From: Octopus sinensis
Taxonomy: Eukaryota
DNA length: 64,000 nucleotides
Assembly: GCF_006345805.1 (NCBI RefSeq)
Contig: NW_021837043.1
Coordinates: forward strand, 1 to 64,000
Reading direction: 5' to 3'
Under the pieces are notes generated by a model that saw only the letters and a list, made by a program, of their open reading frames with translations, did not search any database and was not told the origin of the DNA. The position numbers were made by a program, and so were the translations under genes. Below, piece by piece: positions 25,228 through 38,938 of the stretch. Each line of letters begins with the position of its first letter. The stretch's first letter is position 1.

Positions 25228-27429
25228 TATATACGACAGGCTTCTTTCAGTTTCCGTCTACCAAATCCACTCACAAGGCTTTGGTCGGCCTGAGGCTATC
25301 GTAGAAGACACTTGCCCAAGGTGCCATGCATGTGGGACTGAACCCGGAACCATGTGGTTGGTAAGCAAGCTACTTACCACACAGCCACTCCTACGCCAAT
25401 AATTCACTCCCACATCATTTATTTAATATCACATTATGCTCAGTACTTGCCGAATGCTTTATTCTGAAGTATGTATATTACTGAGTTCTCACAACTGGTC
25501 ATTAGTATTGCTATGCCTAAACAAAATCTTAATGTGTGTGCGTGTGAGTGGGTGGTGGTGGTGAGGTGGACCCTCCCGTTATAAATGCCAATTAGGGTTC
25601 ATCATCTTCTTGCTGGACAATCTGCACAGATGACTTGTTCGTAGTGATCAAATGCTAGTGCTGCACATTAGTGCACTCCCTCCATCAAATCAACAATTGG
25701 TGTGTCACGACGTGTCAGGCGTGAAAGCGATCGCAGAGCAAAGTGAAACAATGTATTTTGCACACACACACACACACCACACACACACACACACAGAATA
25801 CAAATAATGGGGTTCTTAATTGTTAAACTGTAACCACCACTAGCTGTCTACTTTTATGTTTGCATGTACCTATATGCATACAGCTTATTCATTTACGTAG
25901 CAGGGGGAAAGGTTCATCTGGTCTTGTCAAAACCATCATCCACTGACTACATTTGTGTAATACAAAGTACGTATAAACACAAACACAGGAGTTGACTAAC
26001 TTTCATTTATACTCACGGAAGAATTCGTATAATGAATGTATACACACAAATACCAACATTTACACTGTGACGGAGGCCTATATAAGAATATACATTAAAA
26101 TCAGCCACCGTACAGAAGGTCTTCAATTTTATTTCCATTGTCAATATTTATAGGTATTTCCAAACATTTACTATTTTCTGGTAATTGTTTGTTCTGTCCT
26201 AGTAATCTGGTAATGAACATGGGAACGTTAAACTTGGATTTACATTTTTAGGGTCTGCTTTCGCATACCATTCAAATGTTTGCTTAACTTAAACTGTTTA
26301 ATGTTTGGATAAATCTGTTGCTCAAGAGTTAGTAATATAATCATTCTATAGAAACAACAGAATCAACTTTGAAGAATTTGGTTTAAGAAGTTGGCTGCCG
26401 ATAATGTTAATCTTCAGGAGAGCAAATGCTTAAGTTATGATAGGCATGGCTATAGCAATGTGGTTAGGAAGTTGAAGTTTACTTTACAACTACAGGGTTG
26501 GTTGTTTGGTTAGTTGGTTGGTTGATAGGTGGGTGGATAGGTAGGTAGATGGCTGGAAAGATAGATGATCAGAAAGATATATAGATAGGTAGGTGGAGTG
26601 GCTGTGTGGTAAGTAGCTTGCTTACCAACCACATGGTTCCGGGTTCAGTCCCACTGCGTGGCATCTTGGGCAAGTGTCTTCTACTATAGCCTCTGGCCAA
26701 CCAAAGCCTTGTGAGTGGATTTGGTAGACAGAAACTGAAAGAAGCCCGTCGTATATATGTATGTATATATATATATGTTTGTGTGTCTGTGTTTGTCCCC
26801 CTAGCATTGCTTGACAACCGATGCTGGTGTGTTTACGTCCCTGTCACTTAGCGGTTCGGCAAAAGAGACCGATAGAATAAGTACTGGGCTTACAAAGAAT
26901 AAGTCCTGGGGTCGATTTGCTCGACTAAAGGCGGTGCTCCAGCATGGCCGCAGTCAAATGACTGAAACAAGTAAAAGAGTAAAAGAGATAGACAGAGACA
27001 CAGATAGATAGAGAGATAGATAGACAGATAGCCAGACAGAAAGACTATGATTGAGTTTGAGGGTAAACTATGGAGTGTGTGCGTATATGTGTGCACATAC
27101 ACACACACACACACACCTTCACAAAACAATAATAAAAAGAAATCCAGACAATCCTTTTTTGAAACGACCAATTTCTAAAAACCAAAAATCATTTACAGAT
27201 GCAAAAATATAAACAAAAGTGGCATTTTGGCCCCCAGCTGGCCTGACCAGTGCTAAAAGCCAATGACTGGTTATTTTTAACAACTTGACCATTCCTCCTT
27301 AACACCTCTTTCAGATACAAAAACACAAACACACACATACACGCACTCTCTCTCACAAGACAATGATAAAAAGGAAATACAATTTATGGTCTTTTTTCTC
27401 TCCCTTTTCTTCCTTTCTTTTCTTTCTTT

Positions 27430-28320
27430 AACACTACTTTCAGATACACTCAATAACACTATAAAATGGTCAAATTTTTTCCCCAAGATCTTAGACCCTA
27501 CTTGGAGTAAACATCCCGACCAACTACAAAAGAAACCAGCAAGACAATTTTTTCTTCTTCCTTTCCTTCTTTTTCTTTAACACTTCCTTCAGATACAAAA
27601 CACACACACACGCACACACACACACATGCACACATACACACATGTTCTCTCTCACTCTCTCCCCATTCATCACCCTCTTGTACTATCTTATATCCCTCCC
27701 CACTACTACACACTCAATAACACTATAAAATGGTCAAATTTTTTCCCCAAGATCTTAGACCCTACTTGGAGTAAACATCCCGACCAACTACAAAAGAAAC
27801 CAGCAAGGCAATTTTTTCTTCTTCCTTCTCTCCCTTTTCTTCCTTTCCTTCTTTTTCTTTAACACTTCCTTCAGATACAAAACACACACACACGCACACA
27901 CACACACATGCACACATACACACATGTTCTCTCTCACTCTCTCCCCATTCATCACCCTCTTGTACTATCTTATATCCCTCCCCACTACTACACACTCAAT
28001 AACACTATAAAATGGTCAAATTTTTTCCCCAAGATCTTAGACCCTACTTGGAGTAAACATCCCGAGCAACTACAAAAGAAACCAGCAAGGCAATTTTTTC
28101 TTCTTCCTTCTCTCCCTTTTCTTCCTTTCCTTCTTTTTCTTTAACACTTCCTTCAGATACAAAAACACACAAACACACATACACACGTGCGCGCACACAC
28201 ACACACACATGCTCTCTCTCACTTTCTCCCCATTCCTCACCCTCTTGTACTATCTTATATCCCTCCCCACCACTACACACTCAATAACACTATGAAATGG
28301 TCAAATTTTTCCCCAAGAAC
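27430..28320. repeat. ~264-285-bp tandem duplication, ~3.2 copies
   Basis: ACACTCAATAACACTATAAAATGGTCAAATTTT recurs four times; identical peptides repeat in the ORF track. Confidence 0.9.
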
Positions 28321-28792
28321 TTAGTTCAATTTGAAAACCCCACTAGAATGTGCGAAAGCGCTAATATATGATATATGATATATGTTATATGATGTATAAA
28401 AACATGTAATATACAAATAGATATCTGTAAATATAAAACCATCCGAATTTCTGAGTACCTCATTTCTTCTAATGCAAAATACCTGTACATCATCCCCAAA
28501 CTTTCTAATATACATATATATATATGTACATATATATAAGTTTATACATATACATATATGTATATATATACAGTGCAGGTGGCACGTAAAAAGCACCCAC
28601 TACACTCATGGAGTGGTTGGTGTTAGGAAGGGCATCCAGCTGTAGAAACATTGCCATATAAGACTGGAGCCTGGGGCAGCCTTCTGGCTTCCCAGATCCC
28701 CGGTCGAACCGTCCAACCCATGCTAGCATGGAGAACGGACGTTAAACGATGATGATGATATATATATATATATGTATACATATATATATATA

Positions 28793-28851
<59 letters not shown>

Positions 28852-28870
28852 CATATATATATATACACAC

Positions 28871-28901
<31 letters not shown>

Positions 28902-29330
28902 CATATATATAAATATATATATGCATACATATATATATATACATATCCATATAAGTGTATATATACATATATATTTATATATATATACATACATATATAT
29001 AAGTATATATATACGTTTGGTAAGCAGCTGTCTTCTACTGTGGCCTTGGGCCAACCAAAGCTTTGTGAGTGGATTTGGTAAATGGAAACTGAAAGTAGCC
29101 CGTGTGTGTGGTGTGTCTCACTACCACTCTACAACTGGTGTTGGTGTGGTCTACTCTCTCTGTTAATCTTTCTGTGATTCCACTCTACCATTTACATGTC
29201 AATAGTACACTGTATGAGTATACTGTATGGAATTTCTACCTAAACCTTATTCGACATATATAACAGGGCTGTTTACCTGAAGGGATAAGCGTCCTGTCTG
29301 TTTTTCTGTTTAGTGGAACTTTGGTCTTTG

Positions 29331-29600
29331 CTAAATTAAATGGCGTGAAAGGCAGCCGGTACTACGGCGGCACAACAGTGGGTGGAGGCTAAAAGAACCC
29401 ACAGTGGATCCACAGCGGCATTCAAGAGGATCACAAAATTGGGGTCCAAACCTCAGGGAAACGCTGATGCGCTGACAGTCGCTATAAAGCTGAGAGCCAG
29501 TCACGGTGACCGCACCGCATTGAGCCAAGCTCCGCTGTGGATCCAACCCTTCTTCTTACAAATTCAATTTCCAAGTGAATAGCTCGGCGAAGCATTCTGA
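29331..29600 (-). mobile_element. Second, divergent CRE/RLE-type fragment
   Basis: ISVSLRFG...CRCG.....HPLLCRRSTG..SRH zinc-knuckle region. Confidence 0.65.
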
Positions 29601-30583
29601 ATGTCATGGGATTAAATTTGTAAAATCTGATGCAAGCCACGTTGCCCTAAAATCTGATGCAGCCACGTTGCCCTAATGAATCAGTCACATAAGTATACGC
29701 CACGAAGTCTATATGCCTGAGTCATAGGCTGGTTCCCAGTGAACGGTCAGCTACACGCTCATTGCCGTTGACCAGTCCATTCTCAACCAGTGACGTGGGG
29801 AAAACTTTATGGTAACGCCCCGAGAATCGAAGAATATCACAAAATTTACGAAGTTAAAAAAAAGTAATTTTTAAAACTAATAAGGTCCTACAAAATTTAA
29901 TTCCAGTGTAATAAAAAAAAATAATAATTACAGTGTTAACCTTAGTTAAACCTGTTTTCACTGCAATACATAAAACCCCCCTATAATAATCGAAGACTAC
30001 TCACCGTCATCATTATTCAAATAATTATTATGCCCACGACACGACACGCACGCACACACACACAATTATCTCCCTTGTCCCACAGAGTTGCTTCCCAACT
30101 TAACTTTTGTCGGACTTCAAAACAAGAGTAAAACGTATTTAAAAACGGCATTTATATACTTTAAACTGTAGACATGGATAATTAAGGAGTGCAAAAAATT
30201 ATTAAAGGCTTACCTTGGCCAATAAATCAAGCATAGAAAAACTGCCGTTCAAACCGAAAAGATCCGAAATGGAGATTGTACCGCAAAGTTTAATTCCTGT
30301 GTAAACTAGAAGAGTGTCGTAGCTTACTTGAAGAATATTTTATTTTCATGTATAACATAAACATGTACATCTTTTAGAACATTGTCATTTTTTAAAATAA
30401 GATTTTGCTGGCAAATTCTTAAATTAACATAAAGGCTTATTTACATGAAAGAATTTTTTTTTGAGATGTACTGGAAAACTTTTATTGCCTTCATAATGTT
30501 CAGTTTTACAAAATCAAACTAGAAAACTGGACAAAACAGAGAACACAATTGAAAAAAAATTAAAAAGAAGAAAAAATAAGAAA

Positions 30584-30972
30584 GTTTGAACGGCAGTGTT
30601 TTCTAGCGGTGTCATATGAAATTGTCACCCATAATTATGACCCTAGTATCGATCTATTGCATTTCAATCTGTTTTAGGGTTAGGGTTAGGGGTGGGTATC
30701 TTTTTTTTCTTCACAAATGTAAAGAAACCCAATCTGTTTCTTAAACGAGGGACATATTCATACGGCACAGAATGTTTTTTTTACCTCAATAGACGTCAGT
30801 GATTGGTTGAAATTGAAGAAAAAACAACAAATATCTTACAAACTATAGAATTTTCTCAATAAAGCCAAGAGAAAAAGATGTTTTATAAACACATTCTACC
30901 AGTATATGAAGTTAAAATTTTTTAGTTACCTAGAAATTATGTTAAAAACTGCCGTTCAAACCGAAAAGATCC
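30584..30972. mobile_element. TIR element containing TTAGGG repeats
   Basis: TTTGAACGGCAGT at left; ACTGCCGTTCAAACCGAAAAGATCC at right; TTAGGGTTAGGGTTAGGG at ~30674-30691. A lone copy of the same TIR is at ~30236-30265. Confidence 0.65.
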
Positions 30973-31019
30973 GAAAAAATGAGATTAAAAAGAGAAAAAA
31001 CAAACAAAACGATTCACTA

Positions 31020-33120
31020 CCTTGGGTTGAAAAGTTGGGGGCGTTGGGAAACCTTTCTAATGGCTTTTGAGATATGCCAGCACGCTTACAGCATTGCCGC
31101 CGTTGATGGTGAGGCTGATGCGCTGGAACAGCCAAGTGCCCTCACGAGCCTCACCAGTTACCTCTGCAAGGCGAGTTGCCAACGAAGACAGGCATCTCGA
31201 AGTTAGTGATCCGAATCTACCAAACGTCTCGAATGCCACAGGATGGAAAATGTTGGCCGACAGATCGCGGTATTTCAGGATTTTGTTCCACTCGGCCGCA
31301 ACATCAGAAAGGCGATTTCCTCCTTCCTTGCTGGTTCATGTGCAAGAATTGATGACCTTCGGCCTCAACACCTCAAGGATGGTATCTCCTTATCGGCCGG
31401 TGACGCCGGACTCGAGCTCTTGGAGAATTTGACTCAGTTTGTGAACCAGTTCTCTTCAGCGAACGTCCTCCCTTATACCACCCACTATTCTTCAGTGCAA
31501 AATTATTCGGGCTCACCAAACCCAATGGAGACCTGCACCCCATTGCGGTCAGCTGCACTCTTGGTTGTCTCATTGCAAAGATATGCTTACAATCGGTCTC
31601 TAGCTTATTGAAGGAGGGATTTCCCCCCATTCAGCTAGGAGTGGGCACGCTACCAGAGCCTATGCCGACTTGCCTTCCTTGCCACCCAAGGTAATTCTCA
31701 AACTTGACCTTAAGAATGCCTTCAACTCCATCAGCCGCGATGCTGTCCTCAGCTCAGTAAGAGAGAAGGTCCCACAACTTCACCGCCTTGCATGGCAGGC
31801 TTATCGGGAGCCCTCCAATCTTTCTTTCGGTGACCAAATCATCACCTCCGCCTCAGGAGTCCAACAGGGCGACCCACTCGGGCCCGTTTTGTTCGCACTG
31901 GGTATTGACGACATCACCAAGATGGGCGTCGAGCTAGACCTCAACGTCTGGTATCTCGACGATGCTTGTTTGGGGGGGGGGACCTCCGGACAGGGTTCTC
32001 GCCATTGCTAACATGATGATTGGGGAACTTTGTCGCCGAGGTTTCCAAGTAAACAGCTCCAAATGTGAGCTCTGGATCCTCAACCACCCCGTTTCTCAAC
32101 ATCAACCAGCTATTGACCTTTTTGCAGAGTTCTTCTCTTCCATTGCAGTCCATTCCCCCCATTGGCCTGGTGCTCTCTAGGTGCTCCAATAACTGACCTT
32201 GCTTTGAGTCCATCTTCCAGTCGAAGATGGCTACCCTTGAGCAATTGCTGAAAAATATTGAAGCTATCATATCCCATCAAGGTTTTTTCATATTTAGGAA
32301 TTACCTCCCGATCCCTAAGCTCCTATATTTACTCAGATTCAGGTCATCTTACCGATTCCCATCGTGCCTCCAACGCTTCGACAACTTAATCTTTGTGAGA
32401 CTCGAATGTTTGGTCAATGTCAGACTCTCTCCAGCGTCCAGCGATCAGGCTGCATTGCCCAAGCGAATTGGAAGTCTTGGTCTTCGTCCCTCTCTCTCCC
32501 CTACTTCCTTTCCTCCACCCACGCCTGCTCCACTCTGGTGAGCAACATCCTCTCCTCTCCAACGTGGACCAGTTCCAACAGCATAATTGGGACAGCATAG
32601 TTGGGACAGCATAATTAGTTGGGACAGCATAATTTAGTTGGGACAGCATAATTTCGAAGGTCACCTTCGACTCCCTCTTCATCCAGTCGGATCAGTTTTC
32701 AAAGAGCCACTTACTGTCTGCTAACACCAAATACTCAGGTGACTGAATTGATGCCATTCCTGTGGCTAATGTTGGTGGCCTACTCAGCTTGGACGAACTT
32801 CGTGTCTCCACTTCCCTCAGAGTGGGAGCTGACGTATGCACGGGTTTGATCTGTCGTTGTGACAGGCTCTTCGACTCCATAAGGCCTGCATGGCCTTTCT
32901 TGCCGCCTAAATACTGGTCACTTCGCGCGTCATACGAAGTTGAACCTGATACTCAAGAGGAACTTGGCCCGGGCAAACATCCCCTCCATCTTGGAACCAT
33001 CTGGATTGTCCAGATGTGATAGGAAGAGACCTGACGACCTCACCCTGTGCCCCTGGTCGCAAAGCAGATGCCGTGTCTGGGATGTCATAGTTAGCGACTC
33101 CTTTGCTTCTTCTCACATCC
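31020..33120 (+). mobile_element. CRE-clade (RLE-type) non-LTR retrotransposon, frameshifted
   Basis: LRPQHLKD...GDAG; KLDLKNAFNSISR; GVQQGDPLGP; WYLDD; C-terminal LRVG...CRC zinc-knuckle region and RPD...PW...WDV restriction-like endonuclease. Confidence 0.85.
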
Positions 33121-33595
33121 TGAAAGAAAATTACCAGAGAACCTTCTTTTAATTCTTCGAAATTTTTCCGTTAAAACTGTATTGAAACCATTTGTCGGGA
33201 TTTTTTTTTATTATTATTCAACGGAACCTACTGAAGCAAAGCAGCACTCTCACAACAATACCACGGGCGATGGCAAGGCTAAGGCGTCGGGAAAGCTAAA
33301 CGCCCTCATAGACATCATCCGACACCTCGGTGAGGCGAGCTACCAACGTTGACAAGAACTTCGCGGTTAGTAGTCTCGTCCCTTGAAGAGGGATAAACTT
33401 CATCAATAAACTTCATAGGCGCAGGAGTGGCTGTGTGGTAAGTAGCTTGCTTTCCAACCACATGGTTCTGGGTTCAGTCCTACTGCGTGGCACTTTAGGC
33501 AAGTGTCTTCTACTATACCTCGGGCCAACCAAAGCCTTGTGAGTGGATTTGGTAGATACAGTTATAACAAATTTGTTCGAGAAGTAGATTTTTGC

Positions 33596-33716
33596 GAAGG
33601 TAAAGAATACGCATATCACCCGTTTTCGGCGTTTAGGGTTAGGGTTAGGTTTAAGTTTAAGGTTAGGGTTAGGGTTACGCCGAAAAGGGGTGCTGTGCGT
33701 ATTCTTTACCACCGTC
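33596..33716. mobile_element. Mini-MITE with TTAGGG repeats between its TIRs
   Basis: GGTAAAGAATACGCA...CGGCGT pairs with ACGCCG...TGCGTATTCTTTACC; the loop is TTAGGG-like repeats; TAGATTTTTGC is duplicated on both flanks. Confidence 0.75.
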
Positions 33717-35318
33717 TAGATTTTTGCAAGTGGGTTAGAATTCACTCCTATTGCGTGGAACTCTAGCTTAGGGTCAATCAAAAGCTTGTAAGCGAAATTT
33801 GATAGACAGAAACTGTGTGTAAACCCGCCTGAGGAACTGTTTTTACTTTTGGATGTAGACTTAAATACATTGCCCGTTTACTTCCAAAATCTGGTCCTTG
33901 GGTGAGTCCACCCTGTTACAGGATTTTAGGATTGGATATACTTCCCTCTCATCCCTTAATTTTAGAAAAGTCTAAACAAAGGTTGCACTCTCTGCCCTTC
34001 CTCATTCGACTAAGTCATGAGAAAAGAAAAGAAAGAAAATAAAATGGAAAGTAATTCTTCACAGAAAGTTCAGGAAAGGATTGACAGCCGGACGCTTCCT
34101 CAATTTTTGTTATCGATTTGATATCAACTGTTGGGGATTGTCAAAGGCACTTATTATCAAAATGATATAGTAAGTAGGAACGAAATGTTATATTATCCAC
34201 ACCTTTTGGGTTCAAATGCTTTCATCTATTCGGGGTTGATAGAAGAAATACTTGGACTCACCCAAGGACCAGATTCTGGACGTAAACGAGCGATGTATTT
34301 AAGTCTACATCCAAAAGTAAGAACAGTTCCTCAGGCGGGTTTACACACAGTTTCTGTCTTTCAAATTTCGCTTACAAGCTTTTGATTGACTCTGGAGTCT
34401 ATGCTATGAACTTAACCTCGCCATCCGCTACAGCCGAAATTGCTGGCCTTGTGCCAAAATTTGAAACCATTATTATCCACACCTTTATACTGCGTGGATA
34501 TTCAAAAAAGATGCAAGACCATTTGGAAAGGATAAAATTAAAAGATATATTAAAGAAAGATAATTCAGACAAGAAATGAGAGTTACATCCCTTGTCCTAA
34601 CAATGTCCTTCGCTAAATTTCGATAATTTAAAAAAATACGTTTTTGATATATTTCAGTAAACGAAGTGATTTGGAGGTTAAATATCTCGGATGTGAGGAC
34701 ATTTATTCATTGATAAAATCTCAAAAGCAATTTCAACCAAAAATTGAAAATGTTGTGTAGATTCAGTTTCCTAAGAATTCACTGCCAAAAAAAATAAAAA
34801 TAATTACATTTTGAGAAAATGTTTCATAAGAAAAAATTCACCTTTAAAACTTTTTTACTTTATAAAAATACGAACGTATTAATTTTTTAAAGGCAATGCA
34901 TGGCAGGGTTTTATTTGTTATATCTATCATTCCTTAATTGCGGGATCACTATCGTTGTCATTCATTCAGTCTAAATGCCGTCTGTCAACAACGATCTGTC
35001 GTTTCCGTCCACGAAAATAACGTGTAAGTCGGCCGTGACAATTATTTTACCATCAAATCTTTTATTATTGTATATAATTAATTAACAACGTAGCTAAGGT
35101 GCAGGTTGATGTACTGTTTGTAGTTTTGAAGCGAATTATCGCGTAAGGTGCGTGTTTTTGAAGTGAATTGTTTTGAAGGGTGGAAAATGATTTTCTGTAC
35201 ATTACGTAATCCGCAGAAAGGTTGCGATTCCTTGATCGAACTGTTTCATTTAAATACACCCACAATCATATATCTACACATGAACGCAAACATATATATA
35301 AGAGTACACACAACACGT

Positions 35319-35355
<37 letters not shown>

Positions 35356-35866
35356 CGTGTATTGATTTGTTGGTACCGGAGTCGATATATATAATTTGTG
35401 AGTTTCGATTTTTGTTCTAAACACATGACTTTCTGTATCTTCAAAATGTTACCACCCTGAGTAGAGTCAAATGAAGGAGTCTCTATATTGTCGCTCGTGC
35501 TAGAAATAATAGCAAATTCGCCTTCAAATTGCACCACACCGCCTTAAAACGGAAGGGACACATTGGATAGTGTTACAACACTATACAAAACAAAATACAG
35601 AAGCCTCTATTTAGTTAAACAATTGCTAGAAATAGCAACCAAACCCCCATTGCATTAGAATCTACTGTGTTAAACAAAGGACACATTAGATAATGTAGAT
35701 CTATAAATAAGACCGGATACTAGGTCATCTTTGATCATGGGCCTATTCCAACAGGGTTGACCTGGAGCTAAACATCAACAAGAGAAGGATGGGATGATCA
35801 AGGCTGTAACAATTTTAGATCGGTTCACATACGGCCGACCCGGTGCTCTATAACACGCGATTTTTG

Positions 35867-36132
35867 GGTACTGTTTAAGAAGAGTGGTCCCGGTGCGCTC
35901 ACTCGCGTACTTGCGCATCCGCGCTAGCTAGTCGTGACTAGTCGATCCTACAACGACTACCTAGCAAAGTAAATAAAACACGAAAACACAAAATAAATAA
36001 TTTTTTTACACAAAGTAAATAAAACACAAAGTAAATAATTTTTTTAAAACAAAGTAAATAAAACAAAAACAGAAAGTAAGGATCGCGAGTACGCGAGTGC
36101 GCGCACCGGGACCACTCTTCTTAAATAGTACC
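35867..36132. mobile_element. MITE with ~54-bp TIRs and 9-bp TSD (Merlin- or MULE-like)
   Basis: GGTACTGTTTAAGAAGAGTGGTCCCGGTGCGC... and its reverse complement; CGATTTTTG duplicated at 35858-35866 and 36133-36141. Confidence 0.85.
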
Positions 36133-38938
36133 CGATTTTTGTAAACTATGAATCTAAATTGCAACCCCTTGAGGATGACATCGAGGTTCACACAAACTGA
36201 CTTATTTATTTATTTATTTTTTTATTTTATATTGCCCACATAGTTTCTTATTTCTTTATTGCCTATAAGGGGCTAAACATAGAGGGGACAAACAAGGACA
36301 AACAAAGGGATTAAGTCGATTACATCGACCCCAGTGCATAACTAGTACTTAATTTATCGACCCCGAAAGGATGAAAGGCAAAGTTGACCTCGGCGGAATT
36401 TGAACTCAAAACGTAATGGCAGACGAAATACCGCTAAGCATTTCACCCGGTGTGCTAACGTTTCTGCCAGCTCACTGCCTTGAGTTTCTTGACATAGTTT
36501 CTATTTAAGGACTATGCTGTGTGCTGCTTGGTGAAGAGTTGGTTTTCATCTCAAATCTGAATAGTGGTTTGCAACAGAATGTCTCTTAGGAATGCACAAT
36601 TGTTCTTTACATTAGATATGTTCACCTCTATAGTATGACTTACTCATTGTATGTGCACCAGGTTTTTCCTGAGGGCTCAAAACATCTCATGGTATGAGCA
36701 CAAGAACAAAGAGAAGATTTATCTACACATTCCTACCTTACTGGCACTCATGCCTGTGCTAGTAGGGTGCCAAGAGCACCATCCGAGCATGATCATTGCC
36801 AGAGAAGCCAACTGGCTTCCGTACCCCACCATCTGAGCGTGTTCGTTGCCAGAGCAGCCAACTGGCTTCTGTACCCATGGTACGTACAAGGGCACCATTC
36901 GAGCGTGATCGTTACCAACGTCGCCTCACTGGCACCTGTGCTGGTGGCACGTGTAAAATGATTCGAGTGAGGTCATTGCCAGTACCGCCTGACTGGCCCC
37001 TGTGCTGGTGGCACGTAAAAAGCACCCCCTACACTTTCGGAGTGGTTGGCGTTAGGAAGGGCATCCAGCTATAGAAACTCTGCCAGATCAAGATTAGAGC
37101 CTGGTGCAGCCATCAGGCTCGCCAGCCCTCAGTAAAAATCGTCCAAGCCATGCTAGCATGGAAAGCAGACATTAAACGATGATGATGATGATGATGATGA
37201 TTCCATCCATTGTTGCTCAACACAGTTGGTTTTGCTGGCCAATGCTATTGTGTTGAATACCAGATCATATCAGATGCTATATTTTGGAGACTTCTGTACC
37301 CTAAAACAGGATGAAGGCTACACTGATGTTATTATAAGATATACAGAACATAACATAGTGGACCTGCCAAAGTTAATGAGGATGAAGATTCCTTCTGTGG
37401 CATGATATAAATGTATCTTGGTTGTAACCATTTGAGGAAGAAGAGGCTGTGTTGTACAATGGCCTTCATTTTCAAGGTGATAGAATGTGATAGGACCTGC
37501 TATTTCTTACAGGTCAAATGACTATGAAGATACTTACGCTTTTGCTGTTATAAAGAGGCTAGCTTCATTAGATGTGTGCATTCTATCTTCCAACTCCATC
37601 CTTCTGGTAATGATTCTTCTCTTCATGGTTGACCATTTTCTCAGGGAACATTCTTCAGAAATAGCTTTTTGATCAGAAAAGATGAATCTTCTTCCCAATC
37701 TGTTAGATAACTTGTTAGTGGAACAGTTTTCTGAAATTTGACCCATAGAAAAGAATCATTTTAAATGATTTCAGCAGCTCTATATGCCCTCAACCTCATC
37801 ATTCTTGGTCACAGTTTCCATGTTTTCCAATATCTCCATCCTGATATTTCTACACATGATCATTTAAATACCACTCTCATCATCATCATCATCGTTTAAC
37901 GTCCGTTTTCCATGCTAGCATGGGTTGGACGGTTCGACCGGGGATCTGGGAAGCCAGAAGGCTGCACCAGGCTCCAGTCTTATCTGGCAGTGTTTCTACA
38001 GCTGGATGCCCTTCCTAACGCCAACCACTCCATGAGTGTAGTGGGTGCTTTTTACATGCCACCAGCATAGGGGCCAGAGGAGGCTGGCAACGGCAACGAT
38101 CAGTTGGTGCTTTTTATGTGCCACCGGCACAGAGGCCAGAGAGGGCTGGCAACGGCAACGATTGATTGATGCTTTTTACATGCCTGGCATGTGTGTGTGT
38201 GTGTTCATGTTTGTGTCGTCATGATAGTTGTAAATGAGTGTCTCTGTCATACAAGCAGTGTCGTTCATTTCCAATATTCTATATAAACACGTCTGGCCAT
38301 GGGTGAATGTTACTTTGCTTAGAAAGCGGTAAAGGCTGGCAACAGGAAAGGGCATCTGTTAGTAGAAAATCTGCCCCAATAAACTCTGTCTGACCCATGC
38401 AAGCAAGGAAAAGAGTATTTTTCCTTTTATCTTTTACCTGTTTCAGTCATTTCAGTCATTAGACTGTGGCCATTCTGGGGCACTGCCTTGAAGAATTTTT
38501 TGTTGAATGCATCAACCCCAAGACTTATTTTCTGTTAAGCCTGCTATCAGTCTGTTTTTGCCAAATCCCTAAGTGATGAGGATGTAAACACACCAACACC
38601 CAGTGATGGTGAGGGGACAAACAAACAGAGAAGGAAAGAGAATGTGTGTGTGTGTGATTGTGTGTGTGTGTGTGTGTGTGATTGTCTTCTTGACAGCACA
38701 TAGTAGTTGTAAATGTTACTATTTGGCAATGGAGAAAATATTACCTTGCTTGGAAAAAGGTGAGGGTTTAACAGGAAGGGCACCCGACTGTAGAAAATCT
38801 GCCTCAGTAAATTCCAGTCGACCCCTGAAAGCATGATGAGAATGATGACTGCTTATGAATTAAAAAATTAATATGATGCGAGGTAATAACAGGTCTGTGT
38901 GTCCTGAAAGAATGCAGCAGAATTTTTTTTTTGAACCT

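Noticed and set aside
30674-30691. Chromosome end or telomere fusion site
   Set aside because: There are only a few TTAGGG units, and they lie inside TIR elements.
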